From contig JAHRHZ010000040.1 of the NCBI GenBank assembly GCA_024137785.1, positions 4,120,894 to 4,184,893 of the forward strand: a stretch of 64,000 nucleotides of DNA, given 5' to 3'. Within the stretch, counting starts at the first letter, position 1. Every line of letters starts with the position of its first letter. Shown in pieces: positions 12,471 through 25,029 of this stretch. The notes under the pieces were generated by a model that saw nothing but the letters and a program-made list of their open reading frames with translations, made no database searches and was not told the origin of the DNA. The translations under genes and the position numbers were made by a program. The stretch is from Ginglymostoma cirratum (Eukaryota).

Positions 12471-13454
12471 TAGATTTCAACCAAACGGTCAACAAGGAGT
12501 TTCCTTCAACGGGTTATTAAGTTTTTTATGGACTTTGTTTCTTAATATTTCAGGGAATATTATACTGGGACTTTGCTTTTTCGTGAGCCTTAATGCCAAT
12601 GGATTAATGGATTTTTTTGCTCACTGCATCATTGCTGGTCCAATGGACCTGGATGTGTATCCTTCCACTGAGCTGTTTGGAAGAAGAAAGCTCTGTGGCA
12701 GGTGCTCTGTGTCCACTCAGCAGTATCCACAGAGTTATTCACATGGCTTCTAAAGCTCCAAACCTTGTGCTAGACTGTAACAGCAGGTAAACTACCACAG
12801 ATAAATGTTCAAGGATTGTTTAGTGTTATGCTGATTCTTAATTGGAGGATTTACACTTTACTCCCATGTCAAAAGTGTCTGTCAGGGTAACCATTGTTTG
12901 GGAATATCTGTTTTGTTGCATCCGCTAAGATATAACATGTGACAATTCATGTGTTTTCGCACCAAGCTTGCATATTATTACAGAATTCTTTTGAGGCTAA
13001 ATAAGAAAAGTTTCCCTGATACTGACATGCACCATTGGACTTGGGAGCATAACAACTGCATCAGCTAAAGTCTTGTCCTTCTTCCAGGAAGGAGGAAAAT
13101 ATAGTCTTCTGAATATCAAACAGGGGTTCATTGTAGCCATGTCATTGTGTACAATTTCTGCTTTAGTGGGTGTCAGAATTTATTTGTTTCTCTCAGTTGC
13201 TCTGTTATTTAACTATTGATTCTTATCTGTGCTTGCAATCTTCCCACTGTTTTGCTTTTGCCAGTCAACACTTTGCCTTTTACCCCTTCAGTCCTGGGAA
13301 AGTCTTCTTACAGTATGAGATACAATTTGAGGCTTTCAGAAATTTTGCCAGTTAGAGGATTCCACTTTAAGTATCGTTATCTATTTAAATCTCACCTAAA
13401 TGCAAGTTAGCTTGGTGTATAAATATAGGAAAGTGTAACTATAATTCTTTAGTG

Positions 13455-13995
13455 AGATCACACCGTAAATATATTGGTCTCTGTACCTTACATAGAACCT
13501 TAGCAGAGGGCAATGGAGATTTATTAGATTGATTCTTGAGAGGTGGGAAGGTTGTTCCATATGGAGGTATTGAGTAAAGTGGGCTTACGTTCTTTCAAGT
13601 TTAAAAGATTGAAAGGTGATTTTATTGAAACATATAACATTCTGAGTGGATTTGACAGGGTCAATGCCTACAGGCTCTTTCTACTGGCTGGAGAGCATAA
13701 AACTAAGAAGCATAGTCTCAGGGTAGGGGTCAGCCATTTAAGATTGAGATCTTCATTCAGGCACTTGCAAATCTTTGAAATCCTTTACCTCACAAGACTA
13801 AGGATGCTCAGTCATTGAGCATATTCAAGGCTGAGATCAATAGATTTTTAAGACCTCTTAGGGGAATCAAAGGTAAATGGGGAATTGGCTGAGAAGAAGA
13901 AACTGAGGTCAAGGATCGGCCATGATCTCAGTGAATGGCAGAGGCAGCTTGAGACGCTGTATTGCCCACTCCTGCTCCTATTTCCTGTGTTCAAA
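13455..13995 (+). mobile_element. Degenerate CR1 3' end
   Basis: RLKGDFIETYNILSGFDRV followed by a ctcctgctcctatttcctgtgttc tail. Confidence 0.8.
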
Positions 13996-16900
13996 TTTTT
14001 TTTTCTGTCTCCATCACAAATGTGGCTTTCTCCACTTGTTTAAGTCTGTATGTAGATCTCTGAACAACTATACAAAGACACCCATGAAATTTCAGCGCTG
14101 TTGTTGTGTTGACGTTCTGATAAGATTAGTTCCAGTTCTCAAAAATTTGGTCCTTTGACCCAGACACATCATAAACCATTGAAGTGAGAATTTGTTTTAA
14201 GTCTTTAGTTCAAAACGTTTTCATAACACCTGTTTACACAATGTGAATTGAATTTCTGTGTGACGTGACCTGATAATTCAGTGTAAAATTGGCAAAACAT
14301 TTCCACAGCTTCTCCATTTAAATTCAGGCAGGTTAATAGGAATTAAGTTATTTGCTCCCATAATGGGAAAGTCAAGAATTTAATTTGTATTGAATGTAAA
14401 GATGACTAACATAGAAACAGGCAAGACAAGTGAATTGAGAGACATCATTGAAGCAGTGATTCTTCACAGATCTCACCGAAAAGATAAAAAATAATTAATA
14501 TTGTTCTATTTTGACTAACATTCAAATTTGTCCCTTGCAAACATTTTGCAAGCATTTCTTAATAAATCCATTCACGGGTTCCAACAAACATCATCTATCA
14601 AAAAGGGTACTGATGAATCTATGTCAAAGGTTTCTCAATTATCTCCTGGAAGCAAAACAAAAATAAAAAAAATGGATAATGACATGTTAGGCAGGACATC
14701 ACTTATAGTTGACTGGTCATAATTGTCAAGGTTCGGTTCCATTTAGCTTTGTGTTGGTGAAAGAACTTTACATTTGGGGATATGTGAAGCATTCTACCAC
14801 TGCTGCCTGCCCCCAGGCTACCTCTGAGTGCCAGTCTTGTCACTGGGTTTCTTATCTGATGCTCTGTTGAAATTAACTGCATATGCTGGCTGGCCTAAGC
14901 ATTAGAGACAGACTTTAAATCAGCCATTTATCAACAGTTAACATATCCAAAATGTCATCAAGTACAATGCCTTCACTTTTAACTCTCTCAGTGATGATGC
15001 TGTTTTCTATACATTGCTTGATTTCAATTCACTCCATGAATATGAATCCTGAAAGGTAAAGAAATAATAAAAATAGAGATAAAGAAATAAAACGCGCTAT
15101 TTATCTTTCTTGTGTAGATAAAGGGATTTCTTTGACACATAATGGAAAAAGGCAAAATCTCTTCACAGTATAACTTTTAAAAAAACTTTACAAAATGCAC
15201 GTAGGTAGTTGTATGAATTCTCATATGATCATTCTGGTGAATTCAGCTTTCTGCTGTGTGTTTGCAATGGATTCCATTTGCCTTTGCCTAAGACCTGAAT
15301 GGAATGGGAGAAAAGTAGCTTCAAAAGAGCAGGTGGTTTCTTCATAATAACTGCAGCAAGAACTGTCAATCATTACCATCAATCTCTGATTTGATGTCCT
15401 TAAAAATATTATGGCAATGTAATATCACAGAATGTGATTCAATCATTGCTGTTGGGTGAATTTTGCCAGTTTAGTATCTGCCAAAAGTGCTTTTTAGTCT
15501 GTATCATTCATTTTAAATATTCAACTTTTATTTAAATCCTTTTTTGTTCCTTGCGTTATCTGAAACTCAGCTTTAAATTCAGAGAACGTGACCTAATCTT
15601 AGATTCTGCCATGTAACTTATCAGTTGCACGCATTCTAATAGAAATTGTTGCAAAGATTTTCTCCAAAATTGTGACATTTTGTGACTTTTTGTTTTAGTT
15701 GCTTCACATCCCATACATTTTCTCACTTTGCTCTCCCAATGCCCACTAAATAATATTTTACTTTGTTGTTCTGAGATTAAGTTCCTTAGTTTTATTGTTA
15801 TCAACATCTACTTTCATTAATATGCCAGATCTAATAATATGATTAATTGAATCTAAATTATGCCCTATGTCTAGGTTAGTGATTATTTTTAACATGTTGC
15901 TAAATAATAAATCTAATGTGACATGTGCTTTGGAGCACTGATTCACATATTGGATCAAAGTAAAGAATCTTGCACTATCAGAATACATTTATTTTCTTCC
16001 CCCAGGGTGACCCTGTTCTGCTCACTTAATTCCCAGATAATTAAATTGTCCATGGTCACAACTGTATGTTTTTCTGCAGCTTTCCTTACTTGGCCACAGA
16101 GTTCACAGTCAGTCTGCTCACTTCAAGCTTATGGACTACAACAGTTGTCTATATTCATTTTTTGCTTTTTTTTATTCTAAAGGGATCCTGACAGGTTCTC
16201 CTCCTGAAGAAGGGCTTCTTAGTTATGTCTATATTAGGTGGCTGGGGACCATAAGAACTATAATTATTGTTTCCAAACTATTTGAACTGCATCAATGATC
16301 ATATCCAGTTTGTTTAGTGATCATCTTACATTCAGTATCTTAATCTGACATTTTTTATTCCCTGCTGTTTCTTGTAGAAGCATTTTTCACACTTTGAGAT
16401 GTGCTATCAACTATATAAATGTTAACTTTTCAGGAGCCAAAAACTGATGCCAATGAAAAGATAAAGATGGGAAGGATGTCTAACTGATGGTCAATTCATT
16501 GGCAAATTAGTTGACAAGTACATAATCTCTCAATTTTCCCTGCACTTGGGGAAAGTCCAGTGTTGGAACAAAGAGCCAATGTTTGGTAGCCAATTCAAGG
16601 TTGCTCATATTGGACCATCACTCAAAGCTGGTGTTAACCACTTAATGGTGGAATGATGCTCACTGACAGGCAGTTTATTTTATTATTGTTAACTTATTAT
16701 TTTTATTGTTGTTGTGATTTCAAATGAGATTGTCAAATTTGTGATTTTGTCTGGATAAGGATTAGCACTTTTTTTTATTTACAGTAGGCAAAGTATAAAA
16801 TCCAAGATACTAAAGATGAGAATAAAGCTACAAGAATCTTCTATTTTGAACAAACAAAATAATTGTTACTACACAAAGTCAGAACAACAAAATAATTAAC

Positions 16901-17294
16901 AGTATATATAGAATTTATACTCTAACATTAAGGATTAGGACAGCTAAGACATATCCTGCTGATTTCCCAACATGTTAGTGATACTGTGGGCCACCAAATC
17001 GCATTAAAACTTTGTTTCCTTATAAGGGGTCCAATTCTTCAATTCTAAAGTTCTAGCCTTGAAACTACTGCAGATTACATTCCATCTTGGACTGCCTCAA
17101 TGACTGTTCATGACCTGGCAAGTCAATTTCTCCCACGGAGACTGCATTCCACTGGTTTCCTGAGGCTACATTCCAGCACCAACGCATGGGCACAATTCCA
17201 GCACACCAAACAAACACTAACATACATATTAATGAAATAAGTGCAGGAGTGGGGCCACTAAGACTTATGAAAGGCTGTTTTGTTACATTTAGAC

Positions 17295-19020
17295 CATGAC
17301 ACCACAAGATGTAGAATCAGAATTAGGCCATTCAGTCCATCAAGTCTGCTCTGCCTCTCAGTTATAGCTGATATGTTTCTCAACCCCTTCTCCTTCCTCT
17401 CTTCATAGTCCTTGATACCCTTACTAATTAAGAACCTTCTTACCTCCGTCTTAAATATACCCGATGATTTGGCCCCTGTGGCAATGAGTTCGTCAGATTC
17501 ACCAACCTCTGGCTGAAGAAATTCTTCCCCATTTCATTTCTAAAGAGTTGCCCCTTCACTCTGAGGCTGTGCCTCCAGGTCCTAGTCTTTCCTATTAGCG
17601 GAAACATTATTCCATGTCCACTCTAGCCAGGCCACTCAGTATTCTGTAAGTTTCAATTAGATTACTGCCCCCTGCCATCCTTCTAAACTTCATCCAATAC
17701 AGACAAGAGTCCTGAACTGCTCCTTGTATGACAAGCCCTTCAACCCTGGGATCATTTTGTAAACTTCCTTTGGACTCCTTCCAACGCCAGCACATCCGTC
17801 TTTAGATACGGCGCTCAAAACTGCTCACAATATTCCGAATATGGCCTGACCAGAGCCTTATATGGCCTCAGCAGTACATTCCTGCCGTTGTATTCTAACC
17901 CTTTCAAAATGAGCATTAATGTTGCATTTTCCTTCCTAACTGCCAACTGAACCTGCTTGGCAGTTGCGCAGGACGCTCTGGCTGGAGCTTGTCCACTCTG
18001 TCTGATCTTTCTTTTCTCTTTCTTTTTCTCTGTTGTGTTTTTTTTTCCCTCTTCTGCGTTTTTCCCCTTTTGCCAGTGGCCTGAAGCAGAGTGGTGACAG
18101 CCATCAGCCTTGAGCGGAGCAGGGATGGCAGCCATTGGGCCCAGAGTGATGCAGGGGCAGTCAGCAGCCCGAAGTGGGCCAGGGATGGCCACCAAGCCCA
18201 GAGAGAAGATGGCTACTGGTTAGGAACCTGTGGATCCCAGTCAGATCACATGGAAGCCCTTAAAGAAAGACTGTAATATCTATCTTTTTGGTTTTATTTC
18301 TTATTTTCTAACTTATACTGATACGATGACTGTCTGTAATGTAGTGTAACTTTCTTTTCTTTATTTTCTGTATTTTTTGCACCTAAGATGGCACCTTGTG
18401 TTGGCGACATTGTGCACTTTCCACTGTGTTCCCGATCTTTTGTAACTTGAGTAAATGGGACAATAAAACTAATTCTGTTTCTAATTCTACTGTTAACCTT
18501 AAGAGAATCCTGAACTAAGACTCCTAAGTCCATTTGTGCTTCAGATTTCTGAAGTCTTTCCCTGTTTAGAAAGTAGTATATGCCTCTATTTTTCCTACCT
18601 AAGTATGTAACCTCACAATTTCCCACATCGTATTCTGTTTGCCATTTTGACCACTCTGTTAACCTGTCTAGGTCCTTCTGTAGCTTCCCTGCTTACACAA
18701 CACTACCTGTCCCTCAACTGTCTTTGTGTCATTGGCAAAATTAACAACAACGGCCTCAGTTCTTTAGGCCAGATTGTGAATGTATTATGTGAATAGTTGT
18801 GGTCCAAACATTGACCCCTAATGAACTGTACTAGTCACCAGTTGCCATCCGTAAAAAGACTCCTTTATTCCCATTTCTGCCTTCTGTCAGTCAGCCAGTC
18901 GCTATCCATGCCAGTACCTACCTCTGACACGTGGACTCTTAACTTATTTAGCGGCCTCCTGTGTGGCATCTTGCCAAAACTTTCCAGAAATCCAAATAGT
19001 TCAAGTCCACCGGTTCTCCT
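17295..19020 (-). mobile_element. CR1 LINE fragment split by an insertion at 17957-18490
   Basis: LIETYRILSGL, YKALVRPYSEYCEQF, QMDLGVLVQDSLKV and FGKMPHRRPL motifs are colinear on the minus strand. Confidence 0.85.
17957..18490 (+). mobile_element. Unclassified non-coding insertion (retroposon-like 3' tail) nested in CR1
   Basis: Interrupts the CR1 between acctgc and tgttaaccttaag. Ends gacaataaaactaattctgtttctaattcta. Contains degenerate ~30-nt GC-rich repeats. Confidence 0.6.
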
Positions 19021-20570
19021 TTGCTTGGAAACTCGCTTGTCTTGCTGCAGATTGGCGTCACTGAACATTACCAAACAATCATCATTGGTGTATTCCTCCT
19101 TCTTTTCATGCATGATTAGTGTGCCATACGTTGGTCTGACCTGTCTTCTGTTCCTTCACAATGAAGCACCATGATCAACAATGACTTTGTATGATTTGGG
19201 CTGATTGTATATTTTAGAAACCTTTGCTGATCACTGAGTATTTGTACTTATATTTCCAACTTGTACTGTCATATCAGTACTCAGTTTTAGTAATGCTCAA
19301 ACTATTTGCCTGTCATGTGTCTCCATCATTCTCATTTTTCTTTGCAAAAGAATGTCATGGGTCTTGGAATGGTTAGACGATTTGTTGCTTGGCGAGGTTG
19401 GGTGTATTTACTCTCTGAGCAAAGGTTGTGCTGGGGATTGTAATTCCCCCTCCAATGTTACACAAAAATACAGCAATGCAATGTGAAAATATTATTCTGT
19501 TGCTGAACATATGATGATCTTTGATTTGATTGTACATGCCTTTCATTTTGCTGGATCGTTAGAGTTAGGATACTAAGGTAACAGTGTGATATAGTCACTC
19601 CCCATTTAGTGTACATGTCATGAAACAGTGAATAGAAATCTATTGTCTGGCAGTTTTCATTCCACAATAGTGGTTATTTGTGTCAGCAATGATTGGACTC
19701 ATTTTGTTGTTAAGCATTTGAACAACATAAAACTCAGAGAAGTAATCAGTCACTAGGCTGTGGTATTCCCCATGCACTGTGAATAGGTCTGTGTCTTTGT
19801 TGGAATTGTAACATTTGGCATGCCTTGTATGACTGTGGTGTAACACAGACATTATATCCTGGTATTAGGAGTGGCTTGCTCATGATAAACCAATTTTATG
19901 TCTGTATGGCCAAAATGAATTAATGTTCTCATGTACTTCTTGAAACCTCAGACCATCCCTGGATTATAATTTTTTGCAACTGCTGAAGTTCCTCATCTTT
20001 GGCATTTGTCAATTGCGATTGTTCTTCCTAGCTCTGGCCAAAGCTTAACAGATGAAGATTGACAATGTAGTCATGAACATTTATATGTAGATCAGGAAGA
20101 ATATTATGGTTTTTGTGGATTAGTTAACTGCTCAGTGCTTCAGAAACGTGGCTTATATCTCATTTCAAATTCATATTCTTGCACTTTGACTCATTAGCAA
20201 TTTATGGCAGATCATTGCTAGTGGCCTTAGGTCTTTTACAATAGTGAATCTCATGCCAAGTAACAACATATGCAGTCAGTAATGGAGTGGTTATGTTGTG
20301 CAGATGACAGCGTTTTCAAAAGAAAAGCAAATGGTTTCTCACCTTGCAAAAGACACCTACCTAGACATATTTTCACTGCACTCACTTTGAGAATTGTGTC
20401 TTTCACGAGAGTGCATTATTGCAGTGTTCAAAATGTTGTTGATGAAACCTACTCCAGAAAATTGGAGAAGTATTGGTGATTATTTAACCATGTATACAGG
20501 ATGTCCTTCTTAAGCAAAATAACCTCATGGAGGTACCTTTGTGCAAAGTTTGGAATAGGTGGCCAGAGGA
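19020..20570 (-). mobile_element. Decayed Gypsy/Ty3 LTR-retrotransposon pol (RNase H and integrase)
   Basis: Minus-strand remnants GMRFTIVKDLRPL (cf. G.F...TDHKPL), DLFTVHGEYHSLVTDYFSEF (integrase DLF...VDYYS), KWGVTISH and QQNERHVQS (cf. PQSNG.AER.VQT). Confidence 0.7.
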
Positions 20571-20938
20571 AGTTAAAACTCTGATGCAATGATCTCCCTT
20601 ATCCTATAGGTGTGGAATTTGCTAACATTCCTGATTACTTTTCACACCCTTGCTTACCAAGAATCTATCTATCCCTGCCTTAAAATCATTCAAAGATTCT
20701 GTTTCTACTGCCTTTTGAGGAAGTTCCAAAAATTCACCATCCTCTGAGAGAAAAGAAAATGCCTTATCTCTGCTTTATTTCTGACATGGGGAAACATCTT
20801 TCATCCTTTGATTGTCCCTCAGGTTATTTAGGCTTCAATCAACTCACCTCTTACTTTTCTAAACTGCAGCCAATCCAAACATAACCTGTCCAAACTTTGG
20901 ACATAAGACAATTGCCCTCTCCAGATATTAGTCTCGTA

Positions 20939-21295
20939 CAGTAGTTTTCAACCAACTGGTGAGTCATGAGAATAGTCCAAGTGTGCAGTGAAATTTTGTA
21001 TAAAGGTAGTGAAAATCAATGCAAAACAAACATTTTTTCATCATAAACAATATTCTATCTAACCAAAATTACAACTCGTAATACTTGCGATAATTAACGA
21101 TCAAATTAAAATCGAGGCATCTGTCCTTTGATTCTTAAATGAACATTCTAAGTGTAGGTGGCCCGACATAACCATAGTAAATGTAAGTAAATGTGACATT
21201 TATGAACATTCAATTCTACTAGAAAAAGTGGATGTGCAATTGAATTGTTCGTTCCATTGAAGTGTAGTGTGACATTGAAGGGTTGGAAACCATTG
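20939..21295. mobile_element. hAT (Charlie-like) MITE
   Basis: Imperfect TIRs cagtagttttcaacc and ggttggaaaccattg. 8-bp TSD gtctcgta (20931-20938) and gtctagta (21296-21303), resembling the Charlie NTCTAGAN target. Confidence 0.8.
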
Positions 21296-21669
21296 GTCTA
21301 GTAAATATCTGAACCGTTTCCAATGCATTTACGTCACTCTTTGAATAAGGAGACCAATACTGTGGTCCAAATGTGGTCTCACCAATGCCCTCTCTAACTG
21401 AAACTTAACCTTACAGCCTTTGAATTCACTTCAATATTAGTTTTCCTGATTATTTTCAGTGTCACCATATTAAACTTGCATGATTAATGCATAATAACAC
21501 CCAGCTACTTCTGCATTTCAGAGCTCTGTAATTTATCACCATTGTGATAATGTCCTTCCTTTTTATTCTTTCTGCCAAAATTGACTTTTTTTGCGATTTC
21601 CAATATTATATTCCATTTGCCAGATATTTGCCCACTGTTTAATTCTATAACCCTGTGTAGTCTCCTTAT

Positions 21670-21757
21670 GAGATAACAAGGTGTAGAGCTGGATGAACAC
21701 AGCAGGCCAAGCAGCATCAGTGAAGCAGGAAAGCTGACGTTTTGGGCCTAGACCCTT
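21670..21757 (-). mobile_element. Short PLE 3' fragment truncated inside the hammerhead
   Basis: gagataacaaggtgtag...gggcctagaccctt. Duplication ccttatgag at 21664-21672 and 21754-21762 overlaps both element ends. Confidence 0.85.
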
Positions 21758-22744
21758 ATGAGTTGTCCACAACTTGTGTTAATACCTATGTTTGTGTCGT
21801 TGGCAAATTTATTAATCATTCCTTTGGTCCTTTAATCCAATTCATTTCTGTAAATTATAAGCAGTTGATGCCGCAGCACTAATCCCTGTGGCTTGTCAAC
21901 CAGAAAATAACCGATTTGTGCCTGCTCTCTGTTTCCAGTTAGCTAGCCATTCTTCTATCCATGCCAGTCTGTTATTTCCAACACCATGAGCTTTTATTTT
22001 TAAAGGACCAAAGCTCACTTTTGTTAACATTTTTATTTTTAGAAATATTTATTTAACCTCGCACTAACAGTTTTTATATCTCAGCTAACTTGTTCTAATA
22101 CTCTAAATGTTCCCTTCTTATTAATCTTTTAGTCATTCTCTGATTGTTTTATTCTGTTCAGTCTCTTGACCTGCCACAAATATTTCCACAATTATGTATT
22201 TTTTCTTTAAGTATTTGGTTAACCATGCATGGTAGGTCTTCTACTTGGAATTTTTTTCTTATTGAAATGTATCTATTTTGCGTACTCTGAAATATCTTCT
22301 TAAAGATTTGATACTATTTCTCTATTGAATTATCTCTTTACCTAATCTGCTAGCTCACTGCTGTCTTTACTTCCATGTCCTTGTAACAGCCCTTATTAAA
22401 TTTTAAACTACTATTCTTCTTCCCCTCAAACTGAACGTAAAATTCAATCACATTATTGTTGCAGTTACCTATGGTGCCTTCATTAATGTTTATTAATGAA
22501 TCCTATCGCATGGCATAACACTATACTTAGTCTAACCTGCTGTTTTGTTGGCTGCAGAACGTGCTGTTCTAAGAGACTATTCTGAAAATATTCTGTCGTC
22601 TGTTTATTTGCGCTATCTTTGATCATCTGTTTTTTCCCAGTCAATTTATAAATCAAGATCCCCATGACCATCGAAACACTTTCTGACAAGCTCCCACTAT
22701 TCCTTCCTTTATACTGCATCCTCCCAGGTTGTTATTATAATGTG

Positions 22745-22960
22745 GAGGAGCCAGTGTTAGACTTGGGTGGACTAGGTCAAAAGTCACATGACACCAGGTT
22801 GTAGTCCAACACGTTTATTTGAAATCACAAGCTTTTGAAGCGCTGCTCATTCGTCAGGTGACGAAGGTGATGTTCATCTGACAAAGGGGCAGCACTCCGA
22901 AAGTTTGTGATTTCAAATAAACCTGTTGGACTATAACCTGGTGTCATGTGACTTTTGACC
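22745..22960 (-). mobile_element. Fold-back mini-element of a second family with two decayed hammerhead motifs
   Basis: 22775-22861 is the imperfect reverse complement of 22874-22960, with a ~30-nt extra tail at 22745-22774. Arm consensus is CAC-CTGACGA-A-GGAGC(AGC)GCTCC-GAAA-GC-TT-GTG. Confidence 0.8.
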
Positions 22961-23088
22961 ATATGGTTACTGTTAGGGGACACTGCACCTGAGATTTCTG
23001 AAAGCTCCACTTTTTCTCAGCTCCACCAAGCAAATATGGCTGTTGGGATATGTTTACCATAAACTTTAGCTGCTCTGAATTGTCAAGC

Positions 23089-23280
23089 ATAGAATCGTAC
23101 AATCCCTATGTTGTGGAAGCAGACCATTTGGCTTATCGAATCCACACTGATCCTCTGAAGAGCAACCACCCTATATCCCCGTAACTATGTATTTCCCATG
23201 GCTAATCCACCTCGCCTGCACATCCCTGGATACTATGTGCAATTTCCCAAGGCTAATCCACATAACCTACACATCTTTGG
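23089..23280 (-). mobile_element. HE1-type SINE, 3' half
   Basis: Reverse complement reads ccaaagatgtgtaggttatgtggattagcc...tccagggatgtgcagg...cagtgtggattcg...tctgcttccacaacataggga, as recalled for elasmobranch HE1 with its CR1-derived tail. Confidence 0.7.
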
Positions 23281-24404
23281 TCAGTGGTTTCCAAAGTCTC
23301 TTTAGATAGGATGCTAACAATACTTTCATCCTGTCATCAAATTATTCCAGCAAGCACATAGAAACTGAAATCAGGGAATCTTCTTAAGCTCCACCCATTT
23401 CCGTGATACTTTCATCTATTCTGGGCTAATGGGTATAGCAACCTTTCAGATTTCACTGAATACTTTTAAACTAATTTAGCTTTAACTCCTTAAACAGATA
23501 ATCTTTTATATTCCCATTCTACTTTTCTAGCTATTAAACCTGTTAAAGCAACAGGATCCAAACCTTTCAGGTATGATAAACCTCTTTGTGATTCAATTCT
23601 ATTCATCCCATTTTGTACAGTTAAACATTCAATTGTAAAATGAAAAATACATTTTAACACAAATTCATGGACCATGAACTTGATATTCACGGAAAAGGTA
23701 ACGAAAATAACTGTTTTTGTGGTTCTTTATTTTCCATATTCAGGGGTAAGATAATTTCAGTTTTCTGAACTCAGAATATAGCAGCATTCCTTATTTTAAA
23801 AGATAGGAAACCTTTTGATAATGCTTAGCACAGTAGAGTTATGTCAAAGGAAAATAATATTAATTTAATCATCAACAATATTGAACAAGTTGCCCAGATT
23901 ATTCATACATAGTGGTATAAAAATTAGTTCAAAGTGATTGCAATATTAAATAATTACATTTTACTGCATTAGAAATTTATACTAAAATATGAGATGTATG
24001 AAAATGCTTTTTAAATCATTGTAAATTTTGTATTATGTTTGTGCAGATTATCTTTCTGAGCAAACATATGCTATTCATAACTTGGATTTTTAATATTATG
24101 TATTTGGTTGGTTAACTTAGGATTGATTTGAGGACTGTATCCAGAAAGCATTAATCATAGGCTTTAATACTTTTCTCTTGAAACCCTAGTCACTGTCTCT
24201 ACCGAAAATCAGAAAGTGTTGGAAATACACAGCAGGCCAGTCAGCTGTAAGACATAAAAGATAATTTAATCTTCTGGGTGAACAAATTTGCTCCAATTGA
24301 TGTGGTTCTTTTCTCTGTAGGGAAGATTGTCAGGATAACAAATCATTCTGCAGTCACAATGTATGTCATTTTGTTTAAAGTTCTGAAAAAAAGCATGAAG
24401 TGTT

Positions 24405-25029
24405 GAGATAACAAGGCGTGGGGCTGGATGAACACAGCAGGCCAAGCAGCATCAGAGGAGCAGGAAAGCTTGACGTTTCGGGCCTAGACCCTTCATCAGA
24501 AATGGGGGAGGGGAAGAGGGTTCTGAAATAAATAGGGAGAGAGGGGGAGGTGGATAGAGGATGGATAGAGGAGAGGATAGGTGGAGAGGAGGCAGACAAC
24601 TCGAAGAGGCGGGGATGGAGCCAGTAAAAGTGAGTGTAGGTGGGGAGGTAGGGAGGAGATAGGTCAGTCCAGGGAGGACGGACAGGTCAAGGGGGCGGGA
24701 TGATGTTAGTAGATAGGAGATGGGGGTGGGGCTTGAGGTGGGAGGAGGGCATAGTTGAGAGGAAAAACAGGTTAGGGAGGTCGAAATGAACTGGGCTGGT
24801 TTTGGAATGCGGTTGGGGGAGGGGAGATTTTGAAGCTTGTGAAATCCAATTTGATACCATTGGGCTGCAGGGTTCCCAGGCTGAATATGATTTGCTGTTC
24901 CTGCAGCCTTTGGGTGGCATCACTGTGGCATTGCAGGAGGCCCAGGATGGACATGTCGTCTGAGGAATGGGAGGGGGAGTTGAAATTGTTCGCGACTGGG
25001 AGGTGCAGTTGTTTGTTGCGAACTGAGCG
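24405..25029 (-). mobile_element. PLE 3' fragment (GIY-YIG C-terminus and 3' UTR), tail-less; hammerhead at 24468-24503
   Basis: RSVRNKQLHLPVANNFNSPSHS...GTLQPNGI. gtgttga is duplicated at 24400-24406 and 25029-25035. Confidence 0.92.

Larger units (their letters stand above)
20600..22740 (-). mobile_element. Old CR1 LINE carrying nested hAT MITE and PLE fragments
   Basis: QWANIWQMEYNI and LLEQHVLQPTKQQVRLSIVLC remnants. Collinearity resumes after each insertion. Confidence 0.75.

Noticed and set aside
14900-15048. In-frame TGA read as selenocysteine
   Set aside because: No SECIS recognised and no selenoprotein similarity.
15556-15807. KCMGCE...LQQFL resembling the last exon of IL-15/IL-21
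   Set aside because: No suitable acceptor, wrong spacing, and no other cytokine exons found.
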